Assembly: GCA_040752415.1 (NCBI GenBank)
Contig: JBFMGU010000135.1
Location: 1 to 28,874, forward strand
Origin: Myxococcota bacterium
Lineage (GTDB): Bacteria > Myxococcota > JACRCW01
Reading direction: 5' to 3'
DNA length: 28,874 bases
Numbering within the stretch: the stretch's first letter is position 1; the number at the start of each line of letters is the position of its first letter. Below, piece by piece: positions 26,201-28,874 of the stretch. Under the pieces are notes generated by a model. The model was not told the origin of the DNA. It ran no database searches and saw only the letters and a list, made by a program, of their open reading frames with translations. The translations under genes were made by a program, and so were the position numbers.

Positions 26201-26947
26201 CCAGGCCACAGTCTCGATGATCGGGTCCAGGACGATTGGGAACGTCAGCCCCCGCGCGTCGAGGCGGATGGCCAGCTCGTTGCCGTCGTACGTCATCGTC
26301 GCGTCGCGGCGCTGCCCGGTGGAATCGACTGCGTAGGGACGAAGGACGCGGTAAAGCGGCTCTCCAGAGGCAGAGCACAGCAGGAGCGACCCGCCGCGCT
26401 CCCAGCGGAATTGAGGCAGTATTTCGGAACGGGCCAGTTCGACTTTGCGCTCGACGGTGTCACTGATGTTGGTGATGAGCCAGAGGAGCTCGACGCCTCG
26501 TGCGAGGGGAACGAACGCGGCGTAGGAGCCAACTCCCTCGCTGGCGGCCAACATCCCGTGCGCTTCCTGGATGCGCGAAACACCGGCCGTGCCATCGCTC
26601 AGCCTTAGCGTGAGCGCCCGGGCGCCCCTGCGCGAAAGGCTCAAGGTCGCATCCGGCCCGACGAACGCGTGACCCTGACCTGCATGGTCCGAGAAATCGT
26701 AAAAAAAGCCCCCTTCGTCGTTGCTTCCGCGCCAACGGTCTCTGTCGTGGTTCACGCCGGCCCCCAGAACCCGCTCGTGGGACATGACCTTCAACAACAC
26801 AGCGGAAGCTGCCGCCGACGTCGAAGAGGCCTCTGGGATAGCTTCGCCGCGGCATGAAAGAACAACGAAGGCGAAGATGCCTACGGACAACCCAAGGCGC
26901 CGTGCCGAAACCCCGCCCGTATCGCGATGACCTTGATTGCGGCCCAT
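20210..26947 (-). CDS. Giant surface lipoprotein: N-terminal beta domain, Kelch/galactose-oxidase-type repeats, Cys-rich and disintegrin-like repeats, Ig-like domains, C-terminal beta-propeller-like domain; ~2245 aa
   Basis: GGAGG 5 nt before ATG 26947; hydrophobic stretch ending VVLS-C; about a dozen P.AR..HAMAYD....VVLFGG....DTW.WDG..W repeats; six CD..E.C.G....CP repeats. Confidence 0.9.
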   Translation of the reverse strand: MGRNQGHRDTGGVSARRLGLSVGIFAFVVLSCRGEAIPEASSTSAAASAVLLKVMSHERVLGAGVNHDRDRWRGSNDEGGFFYDFSDHAGQGHAFVGPDATLSLSRRGARALTLRLSDGTAGVSRIQEAHGMLAASEGVGSYAAFVPLARGVELLWLITNISDTVERKVELARSEILPQFRWERGGSLLLCSASGEPLYRVLRPYAVDSTGQRRDATMTYDGNELAIRLDARGLTFPIVLDPIIETVAWELKDAALPEARFSHAAARLANGNVLMFGGMTTTGPLDDTWTWNGNAWQRFWPPSASDEYPSARAGHGIAWDAARTEAVMFGGIGEGGPISDGTTWLWTGSAWAVASATGDPPEPRAHHAMAFDHARGVVVLFGGTGDAGDLADIWEWDGTSWERREPQGLPGSPAPAARHGHVMASEVGGAGIYVFGGRTATGLSDETWHWDGAQWTLLEGPRPPARSGAGMAYDHVRHVITLFGGEGVAGALNDAWSLQGGSWVSLDVDFDRPPARSGVVLVSDKRGLAAMGGRRGGSARDDVWRLSSSLQWSDVTPNPPPARAMGAGAYHDVERKVFVFGGSVDGAPVGDTWSWDGTRWQEWTHVIAPPARFQHAMAYDARRERLVLFGGASAGDTVFEDVWEWGRPAPLADPQWSDVTPPSTADGPGPRYGHAMAYDPTRGRVVLVGGSNASGPQGDSWAWDGMQWRSMSGTVPIRSAHAMAYHPERNALVLFGGEDGTHPLQDAYELQGDNWVQIHVSGDSQPDARFGHSMVGDDARGVVVMFGGISESGQRPSTWELAWDAGGYAWKEALEATEDPDSSPGPRDYSAMAFDSARRRVVLFGGRGPDALAETWEYHAWGNACSSNAECSTGYCADGVCCESACGGGSTTDCQACSRAAGGTQDGTCTPVRPDHPEPCRGAEGVCDVAEYCNGTSTTCPQDGFKRRGTECAPAGFLQPCDAPDECDGLGTCVRTYKAEGTECRRADGDCDVADTCDDHGTCRPQYVLAGTPCRDTEGDCDAPEACTGSSPTCPEDIPRPAGTPCGDYHGQECDLQDRCDGVSKSCEDRVRPHLWTCGNSQMAWCDEREHCDGTAKDCPAEEQPWGLDPGGRLACPLPPVDMRPKFIVAYDDVATEYAFDYAARKNRVLIVAVAVNPYSNANVIPLEHPSVTIWDDIQDGQWIRDGAGSRPLPSGVALTHVVWSKAFNADRAGKVHVKIDGVRTGMKFGKAIAAIEAVGVKASGPVVPDRLMSADTATGESDIAGPAEVTTSGLQEHVVLAFATSVGSAEVDTADTWSSTLASLGGAASPNGTVFLSVAASPRSLVEDAVEAGRRYSRARSFVVSAAAYKVAPTKIVLDGSLGTFSVGGCVPVTLSLRNDTGVPVPPTGPVAFEVAASPSATFHGDPACTGSGQPTALLPFDMSQHTRTVFMRDGAAGAHVLSATKLVSQSGSGTEDIEALSLPYMVRGNGAVKLAIALPGQWPPPVLGNPDEVSLKQPLVVTVYAVDENDRVDAAYGPVTVPLTVASSSPSGQYPAVLSFNAGVASLAVTLDGEETQTRLTLTAGAHGAYPALSGTSSAFNVRDTTGSSITTNSPGGASHDGEVEIVLVNESGRPIHEVVFGAPQHAVDASGTTFVRGDFLWSFNPAPQPECDGGVVMSNTVSDYYAKVFSGGPLENNARCTFRLNLAYRFPSASDVLTFTDLSASWTTADDVTRTRNDIPYVVKVVKDVLHPVAIRSVGLPGTRFIWNNIAERPARVIVVKGTDQPADKVSYVVGETFGTGPSTVMCLRAGPTSDSSACSDQETPKSAETTYRIYNQDQDGIYSTGNPGDDLTVPGIGDGVHVDETGTFVVAVQVTSLITGAGTPLGGPAAGYVAYPSNDKGLYFFSTNGDEHRRATRLAHPVLRPVALPQTSALPPYEHVFAASDQQVPATAPAHAYRINVRADHTTYNAEGCTGSGCPLAVEMDARAVSGMTMLRSSAAPASVTAQYPEDTFFHATTTGIVALDVNLQEVWHKPLASQSFAEALIDHETGRAWFPSGSRGILVLDLAGSRGAQEPSPPMPWGTDGWVINTKFDTPCIKSGAAVFCGAITARVFAVETASGYHPNCSFGVSGSVQGLAPDGAGGVVYTTRSGRLGRRTLDESKCDTSPESAFGVLVGFPDRALTTFPLSPPLIHEGMIYVGYRGAIRRFDLETGLQVGASVVLASDGAISGLTLTQGAGGPVIFAATAEGTYWGVPLGAFR

Positions 26948-27043
26948 CCAGCCTCCGTGTTGCACCAAGTCCGACCTCGGGCACCTACGCCCACCTTCAC
27001 GACGGCCTTCGTTGACGGTGCTAGAGTTAGCTGCCGATACCTG

Positions 27044-27061
27044 CTACTTGGTAACCGGCAC
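27044..27061 (+). repeat. 18-bp site, copy 1 (inverted partner at 28772-28789)
   Basis: CTACTTGGTAACCGGCAC; 16/18 identical to the reverse complement of 28772-28789. Confidence 0.6.
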
Positions 27062-27145
27062 ACTCCGTCGATCCGTTGAAACTTCGCCCGTCACGCCGAG
27101 GCACCTCCTATGGAGGGCGCGGGGTCACGCGTGAGCCACACCGCG

Positions 27146-27433
27146 CTAACCTTTTTGAACTGCGGCCGCTGCGTGCCGACCCTTATGAAACAGATCGATT
27201 GCTTCGACCAGTGTGGCTCCTACACCAGACCGCTCCTCAGGCGGCTTCGCCAGCAGCAACTCCACGTAGTTGACATCGAGGAACTCTGAGTCCTCAGGAC
27301 GATTGTTGGCACTGTACCTATCTGCGCTCTGAACGCAGAATCCGCCGTCAGGAATCAGCTCGAAGCAACGATATCGTGTTAGTCGTCCATCATCGTCACG
27401 CTTCCAAACATCATGCGCGATATACATCCTCAT
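27146..27433 (-). CDS. Putative immunity protein of the RHS toxin, 95 aa
   Basis: ATGA overlap with the toxin stop; lower GC; YRCFE...GFCVQSAD.Y...VEL...P.ER...L.EAI pattern that I recall from small proteins downstream of polymorphic toxins. Confidence 0.7.
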   Translation of the reverse strand: MRMYIAHDVWKRDDDGRLTRYRCFELIPDGGFCVQSADRYSANNRPEDSEFLDVNYVELLLAKPPEERSGVGATLVEAIDLFHKGRHAAAAVQKG

Positions 27434-28750
27434 GGTTCCTCTCCTTCGATGTCATCGCCGTCCATGTAGTCCGGCGGCGTTGGCGTGTACGGCAACACGG
27501 GTGTCCATTGCCCACTTCTTACCTTGTCACTGACATAGGATTCATCGGCACCGCCAAAGGATGTGATCTCTTCACCCTCTGCATTGATGATCACCACTTG
27601 GCCATTGTGTACATAGACGGTTCTACCGCCTGATTGCTCGAACTCTTTGCCCTTAGCAATTAGCAATGACCTCATCAATGTCGACGTCACGGTGTTTGTC
27701 GCCCTCCATCGCTTGGCGTGTGCGGTCGCCCGCGTGTTCCGTTTGACCCGTAAGGATTTCGGTGGGATCGCGTACCGCCGGCCCATCATTCACAGATGTG
27801 GTCGGCTCTGGCACGGTCGTTGGAAAGCCGCCGACGGCATCGTTGTTGGAGTGTGGTATTCCGCCCGCGGAAGCCTCACCCTTGGATGATTCCGTCTTCT
27901 TCCCATTGTTAGACGACGCCATCACATAAATGCCGACCATGATCACACTGCCAACCGCACCACCAACCAAGGCACAGGCCAGTCCGCACACCAGACCGCC
28001 ACCAGTAGCCCCGAGAGCCATCGAGTTTCGGCCGTCTGGATCGACGAATCGAATGGGGTTCCAGTTACCGTACTGGTAGACGTTTAGCCCAATGGGTCCC
28101 TGCTTGAGCCAATCCGGATCCGGTGTCACCCACGCCGCTCGCTTGTGGTCGAGATACCGCGCACCGAAGTAACTGAACTTCGTCTCCGCATCCCACTCCT
28201 TGCCCGTATACAGAATGCGCTGGCTCAGCCCCGCCCCGTTCCCATCGGTCAGCTCCGCAAACGGCTCACCATACGGGTACAGCGCCGTCCACTCCTCCAC
28301 GCCCCCCGCCCCGTTGAGCAGCATGGACGTGCTGCCCAGGTGATCGGTCACGTACTCGACCTCGTACGCCTCACCCTGGTCAGGGTTCACCAGGCTCGCC
28401 ACACGCGTGTTGCCGACGAAGATGTGGTTGATGAGCTGGGTCGGCGACCTGACACTGTGCGGCCCCACGTACCGTGTCACGTCGCGGCCCACCGTCTTCG
28501 CGACCCGGTCGCCCGACGCGTTGTACGCATAGCTCCCGACGCGGTCGCTCCCGCTCAGGTCGTGCGCCACCCACTGCAGCGCACCCTCCGCGGTCCACCG
28601 GTAGTGCCGCGTGAGCCTTCCCTCGACCGACTTTAGCTGCTGACCAGCCTGGTCATACGCAAAGCTCGCGTAGATGCCCCCGTCAGGCGTCCGCAGCGCG
28701 GAGAGACGGTGCGGCGTTCCAGCGTCGTACTCGTAGTCCCAGGTGTGCTG
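27430..28750 (-). pseudogene. 5'-truncated (orphan) RHS core + toxin C-terminal domain, frameshifted by a 7-bp duplication
   Basis: Frame opens after TAA at 28753-28751 with YD repeats (YEYD, FAYDQAG, YAYNASGDR), TDHLGST, YPYGE, YTGKEWDAET..SYFGARY, NVYQYGNWNPIRFVDPDG. Frame breaks at 27653-27667 and continues in the 27430..27789 frame. Confidence 0.9.
27653..27667. repeat. 7-bp tandem duplication
   Basis: TAGCAAT TAGCAAT (27654-27667), creating the premature TAA on the minus strand. Confidence 0.9.
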
Positions 28751-28771
28751 TTAACGGCCAGGGCTGAGCGC

Positions 28772-28789
28772 GTGCCAATTACCAAGTAG
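28772..28789 (-). repeat. 18-bp site, copy 2
   Basis: Reverse complement reads CTACTTGGTAATTGGCAC. Confidence 0.6.
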
Positions 28790-28874
28790 GTGGCGCGCGA
28801 AGATGACCGCCTGAAGAGCGCGTGGTTGTGGTGGATGGTCGCGGAGGCGAAGTGGCGCGAGGTGGCGCTGAACG
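28790..28874 (+). CDS. Possible start or fragment of a gene running off the window
   Basis: GTG 28790 opens VAREDDRLKSAWLWWMVAEAKWREVALN with host-like GC3; preceded in frame by TAG, no SD. Confidence 0.3.
   Translation, partial: MAREDDRLKSAWLWWMVAEAKWREVALN

Noticed and set aside
27430..27789. 119-aa ORF as an independent gene
   Set aside because: Its first ~40 codons are an off-frame overlap; the rest is the frameshifted tail of the RHS toxin.
28750..28756. GTTAAC at the RHS truncation as an integron attC core
   Set aside because: No matching RYYYAAC-GTTRRRY stem with L boxes, no cassette array and no integrase in view.
1..28874. tRNA, rRNA, transposase or integrase genes
   Set aside because: None recognisable by eye in either strand.

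Overview
GC-rich bacterial window, probably Myxococcota-type (inferred from the Cys-rich/DAG-linker lipoproteins, Kelch-disintegrin giant protein and sigma54-like sites). Left part: a Cys-repeat lipoprotein, a stand-alone coiled-coil/DUF4357-like protein, a 2,4-dienoyl-CoA-reductase-like SDR, a pseudo-receiver histidine kinase, a membrane-embedded spermidine-synthase-like methyltransferase, and an orphan 515-aa protein ending in a type III secretion needle/filament-like helix. Middle: a 9-gene heme-copper oxidase cluster (diheme cyt c4, an untracked 35-aa membrane protein, subunits II, I, III, IV, a second III, a CxxC protein, monoheme cyt c). Its A1-type subunit I keeps the D-channel and metal ligands but appears to have lost the K-channel residues. 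A REP-doublet-like structured palindrome follows. Right part (minus strand): a putative permuted NlpC/P60 protein, a small lipoprotein, a 2245-aa Kelch/disintegrin/Ig/propeller lipoprotein, and an orphan RHS toxin-immunity module. The toxin is broken by an exact 7-bp duplication, and the module lies between two inverted 18-bp sites. All family calls are by-eye motif recognition; no searches were run.
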